A DNA stretch of 62,737 nt, counting the filler, from Globobulimina sp. (taxonomy: Eukaryota), in NCBI GenBank assembly GCA_003354225.1. It is 7 parts of 7 records of this genome, joined end to end, with 100 filler letters (N's around TTAATTAATTAA, not from the genome) between each part and the next. Parts side by side here need not be neighbours in the genome. Positions count along the whole stretch, not along the records: positions 18,182 to 27,113 come from PIVH01000056.1; positions 27,214 to 36,084 come from PIVH01000057.1; 5 more parts are not named here. One strand, written 5' to 3'. The translations under genes were made by a program, and so were the position numbers. A model generated the notes under the pieces. The model was not told the DNA's origin. It saw only the letters and a list, made by a program, of their open reading frames with translations, and did not search any database. Numbering within the stretch: the stretch's first letter is position 1; every line of letters begins with the position of its first letter. Below, one piece after another: positions 21,301 through 32,014 of this stretch.

Positions 21301-23911
21301 AGGCCTTTTCTATAAACTACATAAAAACTTCAATATTCCAACCAATTTATGCAAAATCATCAAAGCAATTTATGACAATTCGCACTCAGCCATTCGAAAC
21401 ATCCCTTTCATAACAAATCTATATAAATTGCATAATGGTGTGTTGCAAGGCTCTGTCCTCAGCCCAATTCTATTTGCCGCCTTTATAAATGACATGATAT
21501 CTGAACTGCAGTCCTCCAACAAAGGGGCAGATTCGCCAGACCCCACAAATAAAATATCGTGCATTTTCTATGCAGACGATGTCATCTTAATGTCCAACAC
21601 CGTTGAAGGACTACGAGATCTGCTCAAAATATGCGAGGGACACAGTAAGAAATGGGCATACACTTTTAATGCAGCAAAATGTAAAACAATCATCTACAAT
21701 GACCCAGCAATAACGACAAATAACATAAATCATTACAGTAGCACACAGAAAGCAATCCTAACCAATGAATATTACCAGAAACTGAACAAAAATAACAACC
21801 TCACTGCACCGATGGTAATTATACAGGCTCTCGCCAATAAACGTGTAATGGCCATAGACATCGACGGCGTTGCACAGATCTACCGACACATAGACATACC
21901 CACAACGATAATGCAGTCATTCCAAGAGCACTGCCGATACAATAAACAAGCGATCACAGATAAACCCTTTCACATAATATGGGATAACATAATATTTGAC
22001 AGTAGCTGGGCCATTTCAAAGATACATCATATGTGCACCATGAACAATAAGCCATTGGAATTGGTGACGCATCTACGATATCTCGGTGCTCATCTCAGTT
22101 CGTACGACAATGACAATCTAGTATCCACCATCTGTACAAATAGAAACTTCTTAAACAAGTTTGACACAAAAGCGAGACTGCTCTCTCAGCTCGACTTCAA
22201 CCATGACTTTATATCACTTGCAGACAAAATACGAGTCCTAAAAACTTTCTACTTAGTGTACACAGAGATTTTCGCACAAGTACTGGATTGTAAACAAATA
22301 AATCTGACAGAAGTCACACAGAAACAAACAACAGCCATAACACGCAACACAGGAATCAAACGTTTCATCCCCGAGCAATTCTCTATTTTTGCCGGTATAC
22401 CCTCACCGTCAGAGCGATGGACAGTACTCAAACTGGCATTCTTTTGGAAGCTTTGCAAAAACAAACCAATATCATATATGCACATTTGGAACAAACTCCC
22501 CAATCGCCATAACTATACCCTCTACAAACAATACTCCGATTTGAAAGCAGAATGGCTCCCGAATGAAATCATAATAAACAACAACTCCCAAACAGAAATT
22601 AACATATTTGACAAAGTGGAATCCCCCACAGAATTAAGACCAATAATAGTAAAGAAGCAACACAAACAAATTGTTGACAGCTTCAATCATTACCATCCAT
22701 TCCATGTCCTTAATCACCATCTGCCGAATTACAAATCCATAGATACCTACGAAACATCAGACCTATCCGCATATGTTACAAATAAAATGATCACAAACTA
22801 CCGCGAGCTCTTTTACTATTTCAATCAAAAACAAACAAATTGTAACCTCTGCCACAACGACCTCACAATCCCTTTAGAAACACATCTTTGTGCACATTGC
22901 CCAAACTTAGATACATTCAGATATTTTTACTGGAACCATGCCAGATCCGCCCTTTCCAAAATTGGATCAAAAGTCAACCGATTCCATAACCAGATATTCA
23001 TGCAACGAACCATTGAGTTTTGCGAAGATGTCCGTACCGATAAAGATGCCTTCTGGAGACTGCTATGTGGCGCCAATTCATTCCATGAAGAAACACTCAC
23101 TTTCAAATACATACATTTTAACAGTGATGTCTCCCACCCACGAAATACCTTTTACAAATGCATAATCTCACAAACACATAGATTCATAAATGATATATAT
23201 CGAATACACGATGGTGATGTATCAGTGCGACATTGCATGAGCCAACACAACTTAGTACCAAACCATTTCATCATCCATCACACCCGCAATGACACCATTA
23301 ATGATTGGCATAACTATAAAACGAAACTGAATCGTGCAGACCTAATAATCGCAACTGATTCCTCCAAACAGAACAACAGAACGGGCATAGGGATAATGAT
23401 AAAGGACCATAATAACATCCACTGTTTCTCCCAACCAATTGGCTCACAAACTAACCATTATGGTGAACTATTTGCGATGGGCAAAACCAAACACCTCCTA
23501 GAATACTGCCAAATAAATACAAATAACCGACGCATAATCCTCTGCACTGATTCCATGAGCAACTTCCTATCGATACTAATGACCCCAAAGAATGTCAATA
23601 AAATGAAATACAAAGACCTTTATCGTTACACACAGAAATTCATCATAGACACCAGAACATTACTTTGGAAGATAAAAGCACATACCGAACCATTCGAACA
23701 AGTCTTTAATGGAATTGCTGACAAATTGGCCAAATTGGGCTGCAATCACCCTGCCAACAGCAACCTAATCATCCCATCAATCAATTCTCTAAGATTTGCA
23801 AAATATAAATGCTTCGCCATTCCTCCTGAATCCAGTTTTGGATTCATACAAACCCTCACAGGGATGTTTAAGCAATCTGTGAGTCTGGAGTCGGACTTAC
23901 GTCCTGACTGA
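18359..23911 (+). CDS. Retrotransposon ORF2: AP endonuclease, reverse transcriptase, CCHC zinc finger, C-terminal RNase H
   Basis: APE: GFLNING, GDFNAR, SIIDY, SDHRP. RT: SAPGYDG, LDIRKAFDTV, GVLQGSVLSPILF, FYADD, RYLG. ZnF: CNLC...HLCAHCP. RNase H: ATDSS, GELFAM, CTDS, KIKAH, NGIADKLAK. Confidence 0.95.
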   Translation: MTVNNEFCTGFMVSTVHTQHTNKLYEYIEKHQHSIRGYFKHVKIIMNKSMRWITLRMPTHRYNPIKYHIKHTFLQSIPLRFKTIPFSDPTVEEDQGTQLHAYNNDPAVIADVYNFVNRNDYADDTPTIQQSVRQDKYHIRWNVPIDKDYKQVISHWQTTQHSNCLNFHTVNRSSYINNIKNNAILALNQVFKHSINQYKTNRDELQNHKNYIVHKIISSHLNNEHFKSKDIPNIIQKFPFLQYYSPRLEPITATKIAFKNLTIGFLNINGAAKYKSQLIHPYMQQLVVHHKLDLICMIDTRCTKRPTWPLTGYRLVAHKPPMRANNRSKIGGILIYKKRGLKNKIHYVHKTRGHNTIWLSIKFENQPKPTYISVNYARTYKAEKSQRSQQFYDSLTADIQRFKDQCHNMFVIGDFNARMGHETTDRNKNAHYHHMKSLLMHTKLRIANPIFAPYFLTYLTKDAAHTGGSIIDYVMTDKLHTIDALKVDTHPIFSDHRPVIFALKNAKCKVSYADQHFVLRSFTPNKKLTTVHHKIISDRLPHIDKFAKKATLFTNLNDRRFITNIVSLCTMYTLHMATIKAFGVSDFESISKWADSSIDRINLNIKQRGLNNTNDEYSAGTEILSQTNAVYQSEKVNNLRRNTVRFGNLGHSQKLRTFKRMNQNLSYVEDEAFLNYNGSIVPKDKALSNFFAKISGPIAPPNSNELNHNIEQFNINLHNFAPNTIQFIPNKPDPDNPDTTPPPLELINDQPEQWRNPHEITEISHFEPSFNEQNDVEMNEMIQIEHDIDASDDDDVLIDMHITPGNMTTNMSAHSNETMNSDTETDKYLKFSSVEMAMQFANANSAPGYDGIKTAHLKLNGRITNKLLCIMYNVWNQTYIIPFYSRLGSVISILKTPNGDTPNQYRPIFKTYERLILWKMNIEHGFRKNLHILQGGNRAKRGVPEQIGALNLISETAKRHNKPLYCASLDIRKAFDTVWRKGLFYKLHKNFNIPTNLCKIIKAIYDNSHSAIRNIPFITNLYKLHNGVLQGSVLSPILFAAFINDMISELQSSNKGADSPDPTNKISCIFYADDVILMSNTVEGLRDLLKICEGHSKKWAYTFNAAKCKTIIYNDPAITTNNINHYSSTQKAILTNEYYQKLNKNNNLTAPMVIIQALANKRVMAIDIDGVAQIYRHIDIPTTIMQSFQEHCRYNKQAITDKPFHIIWDNIIFDSSWAISKIHHMCTMNNKPLELVTHLRYLGAHLSSYDNDNLVSTICTNRNFLNKFDTKARLLSQLDFNHDFISLADKIRVLKTFYLVYTEIFAQVLDCKQINLTEVTQKQTTAITRNTGIKRFIPEQFSIFAGIPSPSERWTVLKLAFFWKLCKNKPISYMHIWNKLPNRHNYTLYKQYSDLKAEWLPNEIIINNNSQTEINIFDKVESPTELRPIIVKKQHKQIVDSFNHYHPFHVLNHHLPNYKSIDTYETSDLSAYVTNKMITNYRELFYYFNQKQTNCNLCHNDLTIPLETHLCAHCPNLDTFRYFYWNHARSALSKIGSKVNRFHNQIFMQRTIEFCEDVRTDKDAFWRLLCGANSFHEETLTFKYIHFNSDVSHPRNTFYKCIISQTHRFINDIYRIHDGDVSVRHCMSQHNLVPNHFIIHHTRNDTINDWHNYKTKLNRADLIIATDSSKQNNRTGIGIMIKDHNNIHCFSQPIGSQTNHYGELFAMGKTKHLLEYCQINTNNRRIILCTDSMSNFLSILMTPKNVNKMKYKDLYRYTQKFIIDTRTLLWKIKAHTEPFEQVFNGIADKLAKLGCNHPANSNLIIPSINSLRFAKYKCFAIPPESSFGFIQTLTGMFKQSVSLESDLRPD

Positions 23912-23992
23912 ATTTTGTCCCACTACATGTAAATTAAAGCAAATCACATCTTCAAAACTTTTGCACACAAACAAAAAAAAAGACACTCATAT

Positions 23993-26986
23993 TTAGTCAA
24001 TAAAATCAGGTGTTTGAACCATATGCATGGCCGATACTATCTCAGCATCACCAATCAATGCAATATTATTATTTCCCTCTGTTGCTAATACTTCCATTTG
24101 TGTTTCCTTTATCCATGTATTAATTTGCTGAGTTGCAAATTGATCATCTGCATCATCTGAATCTTGAGAGTCATTTTCATATTCATTGTTGTACTTAATC
24201 GATGATGTAATCCATGTTTTATTATTCATAGAATTGTCACCATATTTTCTAAACCAAACAAATGCAATAAATATTAAAACTATAATCAATACAATCAATA
24301 ACCATAACCACCACAAATTATTGCGATTAATATTACTGACAGTCAATGGATCCTTGTCATTGCTATCATCACTTGTACTGATTCTAGTTATTATTGTATC
24401 GGTGGTTGATTGTGTTTCGTCGCATTCTCCTTCTCTCCAAATATAATTGTCATCAATTTCTTGCATTACCTTTAATATTAAACATCCATAATCTGTTAAT
24501 ATTAAAACAATGTTATTTCCACCAATTGTTGATACCTTATCACTGGTCCATATTTCCGATGTTTTCAATGCAGGAACATTTTTATATTGATATTCAATAA
24601 TTTTGATCACACCCAATTCAATCACAAATCGAGGAAAACTTTGACCGGAATAATTAAATATTTGTGTATTTGTCATCCATATTTCATCATTATCTGTTTC
24701 ATATAATATCAAATTACCATTCTTATTTAGCTTAACTCTATACTGACAATTCAATGATACCAATAATTCATCACTTGATAAATAATCTTTTCTTATTCCA
24801 TACATTATATATTGATATTTTGCATTATAACAAAAGGTTGGAGATTGGGTCGGAGTTAATGTTGGAATTTTGGTGGGATTTGTAGGAGCTTGTGAATTTG
24901 ATGGAATTTTTGTTGTCTGAAGCTGTCCAGTTGGCGATGTTGGAGTATCTGTTGGGAGCACAGTTGGAGTATCTGTTGGGAGCACAGTTGGCCCATTTGT
25001 TGGGAGCTCAGTTGGGCCATTTGTTGGAATTATAGTGTGCGAAATAGTTGTACTGATCGTGATGGCCAATGTCGGTGATATTGTTGGTGCTGCAGTAGGT
25101 TTGGGACTTTGTACGATACCATTTACACCAATTAATCCCGTACTATTTAAATCACAGCTAAAATGAAAGCTACAATTAAAAAAATCATTCCAATCATCCA
25201 ATTGAGTCAATAGCATCGACATATCGTCAATTAACCATTGTTGCCATTGCGATGTTGTCCTATTGAATATAGCTTGATATGCAGTGCAAGTACAACCAAA
25301 CCGCCATGTGCCAATTTGTCGAATATCTGCGCATGTATATTCTTCAACTTCTGAACAGAAAAAAGCTTGATATGCGTCACCATATTGACAGGCTGAAGAA
25401 TTGTGTTTGGGTTTATATCAGTAAACAAAATACTATATATTTACGACATTGTACGTAGTACGTACCTATCCAATCAGCGTACCATTGATTAACAAATGCA
25501 TCTTCGATACAGGTCGATATATTTGCGTCTTTATTGTTGCAATTATTTCCTTGACAACACATCATATATTGATCAATTGTAAAACTATTATCATTATAAC
25601 AGGATCCACTGATTGGAACATCAACAGACAGATGAAAACAACTTTCATTCCGACCATCTCCAAATACTTAAATTGTGACATTACGGTCAAACTTGAATTC
25701 AGAAACGTTTTTAAATCCGGAAATCAGATGTAGACGGAAACACAAATCTGATTTTAAATTTAAAAACGTTTTTTTATCCATGGCAATACGTCAAAATATA
25801 AAAACAAACCTTCGCAAGATACTGAATGCTGACATGACCATTCATATTCTGGATACTCATATGGCTCATATGTCCAACCACAATGTTGGTTTGCATTGCC
25901 ATAACATTGCGTTGATTGCAATCCAGAGCCATTATTTGCATCGGTTTGAAACATTGTCGACGACTCGCCGTATAAACAGGTTCCTTGCATCGTTTGAGGG
26001 CACGTATCAGTGCCCTTTTTATAGTCGTCACCATCGCCCCATGCGTCACATTGTTGTTGTAACCCATTTCCATAGTCTACGCATTGACATTTCATACATG
26101 TCGTATTGTAATAAGAACCCTCACCAAAGGATGTTGACGCTGTGCGAGTATATTCCTGGTAAAAAACAGCACTTACATTTGCAGGACAATTACATCTCGG
26201 ACAGTCGCAATAGGAATAATTATAAAACATCAATGTTACATCATCAAAACACCCAACTGCTTCCCATTCGCAGTCCTCTTTAAATTGATTTGTTAATGCT
26301 GTATTTGCAGAGTTTAGTATATTATAATATGTCTTTTCACATTGGAGAGTACCATCGAAATTGCAGTAACAATAGGTTTGGCAATGTGGACCTGTCACAA
26401 ATACAGAATTTAACCAATATCCATCTCCCGGATAGTATGTCTGTCCACTGACTGAATCTGTGCAAGTAACTATGTTTGAACAGGTATATTCATCCCATTC
26501 TAATACGTTATCAACTCCGTATCGTTGATTGCAATCATATCCTGTCTCATTGTTACCGTTTCTTATATCACATTGGCATTCTACGCATTGTTTTGCAAAA
26601 TAGGTGGTAATATTCGAAGCGCTGCGCGTGCCAACTGGTTCAAAACAACGGCAATATGGACATGAACAATAAGCATTGCTCCATATTAAATCATCCAGAC
26701 TGGAACAATTATTTGCATTTGGACTGTGTGTGATTGCGTATTGTAGAGTGTAACAATGATCTAGAATAAAATCAAAAGTAAGGTTTGATGGAAGGATTTC
26801 ACTGTATGATGAATCACCATTATATGCGTATTGATAGCAATTAAATACACACTTTCCGTAATTAGTTGAATTTGTTTTATATGAAGTGCCAAAATAGGCA
26901 TAGTCACATGTAATATTTGAGGTTTGTGAGAATGTAATTTGTAATAACCATATATATGCTAACCCTGACAACCATATATATGACAT
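23993..26986 (-). CDS. Type I membrane protein (~925 aa): Cys-rich VWC-like repeats, Ly6/three-finger-like domain, Pro/Thr stalk, bulb-type (B) lectin domain, TM; 3 exons (26986-25810, 25666-25466, 25392-23993)
   Basis: Signal peptide MSYIWLSGL...; CxxCxC repeats; CCQGNNCN; PTNGPT/PTDTPT repeats; LVSLNCQYRVKLNKNGNLILY...IWMTNT; TM LWWLWLLIVLIIVLIFIAFVWF. GT-AG introns 25809-25667 and 25465-25393 are phase-compatible. Confidence 0.85.
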
Positions 26987-27113
26987 TGTGCTTAGATGAC
27001 TAAGGCTTAGAGTAAAAACAGCAGTTGCCAGTGATCTGGAAAATAATATTATAAACACTTTTTGACATAAAATATTAATATAAATCAAAACATTTACAAT
27101 AAATTACATGCAA

Positions 27114-27213
27114 NNNNNNNNNNNNNNNNNNNNNNNNNNNNNNNNNNNNNNNNNNNNTTAATTAATTAANNNNNNNNNNNNNNNNNNNNNNNNNNNNNNN
27201 NNNNNNNNNNNNN
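27114..27213. other. Artificial contig spacer
   Basis: N44-TTAATTAATTAA-N44. Confidence 0.99.
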
Positions 27214-27214
27214 T

Positions 27215-30200
27215 AACGACATTTCCGATAATAAAGATGAGCCCATAAATATTGAGCCAATATTCACTGATAACAACGACGGCGGTTCGGAGAGCTTTAT
27301 AGCACAAGAAACCTTAGCACGAGAACTCTCAGACCCTATAACGAATACACAATATTACGAAAATACTGGTACGAATACAATATTAAAATGCCCCACTACG
27401 AACTCTGAAACTAATACTAGAATATATCAAACAACAAACGCAAGTACAACTATGGCTTCATACGAAAGTGCAAATATAGAAACAAATACTCCAATATATG
27501 TATTGGTAGACTCCAGTACAAATACTACAATAGATAACATCTCAAACGATAAACCAAATACCGTGGACTCTGATACGAATACTCCATATTACGAAAAAGC
27601 TGATGCCGATACGAATACTATAAGTATTCCCACAAAGAACTCTGAATCCAATACCAGATCATACCAAACTATAAACTCTAGTACAAACACAAAAAAATAC
27701 GAAATAATAGATGCAAGCACGAATACGATTAAATACGAAACTGCAGAATCTTCAACGAATACTATATTGGATACAATATCAAACAATATAGACGATAAAA
27801 TGTTTAAAACAATAGATGCATCAACAGATCCAATTTTATGGGAATCAGATCGAGACAATAATTCAATAAACGAAATTAAAATCAATTTATCTAACTATAT
27901 AACCGATAATAATTCAATAACTATAAATATCACCCCGAATACCGTAAGAAATGGGCGCTGTATTAACTGCATCGAGAACACTACATCTGAGCATGCGTCA
28001 AATTCCGAGACGGAAATTTCAAAAGATTTCGAAATAGCGACTAAACAAGAAGGGAAACGTGAGTTTTTCGAGAATAACCATAATAAACCAGCCAATACTA
28101 TATCTGACAACGATAGCCACAATATACAACTATTATTAAATAATAAAAAATGGAAAAATCGATATTTTAAGCAGCTTTTAATTTCACGATATCTCAGGCG
28201 CAATTTAAATAAACAAAGAAGTGCGTCATTCAAGCGAAAATATAGACCGTCAGCAACGATAATAAATGCGTCAAATCAATTACCACGTGATGTGGAAAAG
28301 ACAAAATACCGTAATCTACACGATATAATTCCCCACAACGATACAAAATACAGAACAGAAAGTTCGGGAAAATTCTGCGGTTCGGCTGATGAAAGAAAAT
28401 TCATTGCAAAGGAAAGTTTAAAGAGAAGAGGTTGTGCAAGTGATTTAAAAGCTTTAAATAAATTTTCAAAGTTTCAAGAAAAATTCAACGACAAATCAAC
28501 AATACGATATAAAAAGGTAATTATGAGTAGTGAAGAAAAATCGCCCAAAGAACATATGTACGATATATACGATAGCAAAAAACAACCACGAGACAGGAAG
28601 AAAACGCCAAAAAAGGGATCAAAAAGAACGAAATCTAAATTAGTCCAGAGTTTGAACAATAGCGATAGCGACAAAACGGACGATACTCAAATTGCTACTC
28701 CAAAGAGTATTAGAACGATAAATGAGAATAAATTACGATATATGACTACAAACGATACTGTTTCAGATTTACCATTTGAAATATTGGACACAATCAATAC
28801 AATGGAAAATCTTTCGATAAATCAAGGAGAATACGATATATTAGAAAATGCTAAATCAACATTCGAACTCGGCAAAATCAACGATAATGGCGAAATTCAA
28901 TACAATTTGGACATTCAAGATGACGATATTGCTATATCAAATCTAAACGAAGCCGAAAAACGATATCCTACCGAAAGAAAGAAATGCATCCAATACTCAG
29001 GACTATATTTGAAAAACGATATTGCCACATGTAGACAACTACGACAAAACATATTCGAAATTCTCCAACTATATAACGACAAAATTTCAATACTAAAGGA
29101 TAACGAATCGACCGAAATCAGAGCTATATATGAAACGTTCGAGATCAATATGAAACTATGTTTGGAATTAACAAGCAAATTACTAGCGATATGTTTTCAC
29201 AGCATGGAATCGACTGTCAATATTACGAATTTCGCCGCGATAAACTCATCATTCATATCACAAAATCTAATAACCGGAGAGGAACATATCGGTACGATAT
29301 CAATAGAAATAGATTCATTAAAATCGAGATTACGAGATATCGAAAACAATATGCCTGAAGACGATAAAACATCAGTATCAATAATGACCGACGTACAAAA
29401 TAGCGTTACTACTTGGAGTGCGAAATTACAAGGAGAAATTGACGTATTGACCAACGATATGGTTCCAAAAGAAACGGTACGAAAATTAGGCGATACGATA
29501 AATAAACTCTCCGATAAACTAGAAAAACTCGAAATTAGAATGACAACTCAAGAAAAAGAAACGAAAACGATAGCTTCATCTGAGGACGACGACGATACGG
29601 AACAAATAACCGATAGAGGAGGCAATGATTTATTAGTTGGTAGTATACGAAAAGATATATTTTCAATGAATTACCACACCGATATTGGCGATATTTATCC
29701 GAAATCAAAACCGACAATCGACGAAGACATTCAAGACCAATATGAACACTCCTACGATAGCGGCTTTCTATACAAAAGTTTCGATCACTATATCAAAGTC
29801 CATATGTGTGTAGAATGCGAAGACGAAGAATTACTATATTTGTTAGCACAACAAATGGAAGGAGATCACTACGACTATATTATGAACGAAATACCGATAT
29901 CTAACTATAACAACCATAAACATAAATTCGATATTGATTGGAAATGTGAAAGATTTTCCGATTTTTGGACTCTATGTGTTGATCAAAACGAAAACATCAA
30001 AGTATTATTAGGACGAATTGGTACGACACAAGATCTCAGGATACGATATTTATCTATAGACAAAAAAATTGGAATAGGATATGATGGATCTGACCCAGCG
30101 ATATATTTATCAACACTCGAATTCGAAAACGATTACGATATTGACAATAACAGATTTGGAGCGATATTAACATCATTATGCACTTTTTATGCTCCATATT

Positions 30201-31958
30201 ACGAGAAACAAGATATACAAACTCGAAACAAAGCCAACGCCCTATATATGCAATATTTACGATATTGGTCGGTACATTCAGCTTCTATAGCAAGTCATGT
30301 GGGTCCAACTGAGAACGATATCGCAAATTTTGCTTTAATACTATCCAAACAACACTACATACGACGACCAGTATCTTTCAAAGAGGACGACTCTCGTAAT
30401 ATACGTATAGACTGGTTCCATAAACGATATGATTTTGGTTTCGATATCAACCAATTACCATGGATACGAAAATCCCGAGAAGATTACGATAATAAGAGAC
30501 GACAACAACGAGGCGATAGACCTATATCAAGCATATCACCATCTACACAATATCAACCTATTAGAAGACCCCCAACATCTATATCTCCAACATCATCTCA
30601 ATACTATACCGACCATGGCGATAGAGACAGAGGAAAACCATATCAACGACAATCTCAATCTGAACATATTAGTAGACGAAATCCTCAACTATTACAACAA
30701 CAACAACGAGAATTCGATAACCTATCCGATAGCGATAAAACCAAAAAGATACGAGCTCTATATGGTATTTATGGTTCAACAAACGTCGAAAAACAACAAC
30801 GAGCTGAATCAGTAGCAAGCAGTAAGAGTGTTGCTTCTTCTACTCGTTCAGAAACAGAAAGACGAGACCGAGATCGAGATGAAAAACGAAATCGAGATGA
30901 AAAACGAAATCGAGATGAAAAACGAGATCGAGATGAAAGACGAGATCGAGAGGAAAATATTAGAAAACGAAATGCTTACACCGATACACGAGATGTTGTA
31001 GGTAAGAAATTACTATACTTTAAAAAATTTGATGTTAAAGAAATTTTACCACATCAGCTGCTAAAACCAAAGCGTCGATACGACTGAAGATTTCAACATG
31101 GGATGGTGTTCGAGATGCGATAGAATATATGGGTCCGACACAAAACCACCGATATTACCTGGACTAAAATTGAGATCAATACAAGAACGACATTTCCATA
31201 ATTTACTACCAAAAATCGATATTGGAACGGTACGATTACCAGGTATACGAATTTTCATTGGCGGTGATTCGACATCGGTAGGAATAGAAAATGCCTTAAC
31301 CGAAGCTTATGGAGAAAACGACTGGGGACGATATGTACTATACATTGGAACAAAGACTATGGGAAAATCATTGGTAAGTCAACGATGGCGAAATATGCAA
31401 TATTGTGTACCGGCAATGATCGATGGCGACGAAACGATAATAGTACTAAAAGGAGTTATGGACGTTACCGATATGTTAGCTTATTTCAATAGAGAGGGCA
31501 ATATCGAGGCTAATACGACAAGACGATATAACCAGTTATGAGAAAAACTAGAAACGATAATAAAAGAAGTACGAAAACTAAACCCAAATGCAGCGATATT
31601 AGTCAATATTACTCATCCGATAACAGGAGGCTATATGATAAACAAAAAGGACCCTGGCAATATGAAATTCATAAAGAAAGTCGAAGCTGTATATGCAGAA
31701 GAATTAGTCCAATTTGGAAAACACGAAGGTATACCGGTCAGAGCGATACAACTAGCGCATGCGATAGACGAAGAAATGACGAAATTACAAGAGACGACAA
31801 ATATCGAAATGGAATCAGCACTAGAATCTTTCATCTTTGGAATTCATTTAACCGATAATGGCAAGAAAGTATTAGCTAACGAGATTTGGCGAGAAGGTTT
31901 GATATGTTGGACGAAAGGAATACACGATAAACTACTAACACGGGGCCAGGGGGGATAG
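27215..31958 (+). pseudogene. Retrotransposon ORF1 (>1500 aa reconstructed): xxTNT repeats, coiled coil, RDEKRN repeats, SGNH/GDSL esterase-like domain; one frameshift (~31064) and one in-frame TGA (31539-31541)
   Basis: Frame open from the contig edge to 31087. The +1 frame opens after 31064. ORFs 31098-31541 and 31635-31958 share a frame and are separated only by TGA. SGNH blocks IGGDS, LKGVMDV, GIHLTDNGKKVLA. Confidence 0.8.
30875..30948 (+). repeat. 18-bp coding tandem repeat (CGAGATGAAAAACGAAAT-like, RDEKRN, about 4 copies)
   Basis: Directly visible tandem copies. Confidence 0.85.
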
Positions 31959-32014
31959 AAAGGGACGGCAATGGAAAACGATATAACGATATTCATTTAT
32001 ACTGTGATACGAAA

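Larger units (their letters stand above)
18182..23981 (+). mobile_element. Non-LTR retrotransposon (5' cut by contig edge), ending in an A-rich tail
   Basis: A/C-rich strand bias, APE-RT-ZnF-RNase H ORF, short 3' UTR and A-run ending at about 23981. Confidence 0.92.

Noticed and set aside
24940-25030. 24-bp tandem repeats as a non-coding array (similar 12-bp repeats at ~51965-52085)
   Set aside because: They encode Pro/Thr mucin-like stalks within membrane proteins.
31539-31541. Alternative genetic code (TGA as sense)
   Set aside because: Many intact genes here end in TGA (2984, 23911, 35692, 42536, 56914, 62133) and Trp is encoded by TGG; a CGA-to-TGA mutation is simpler.
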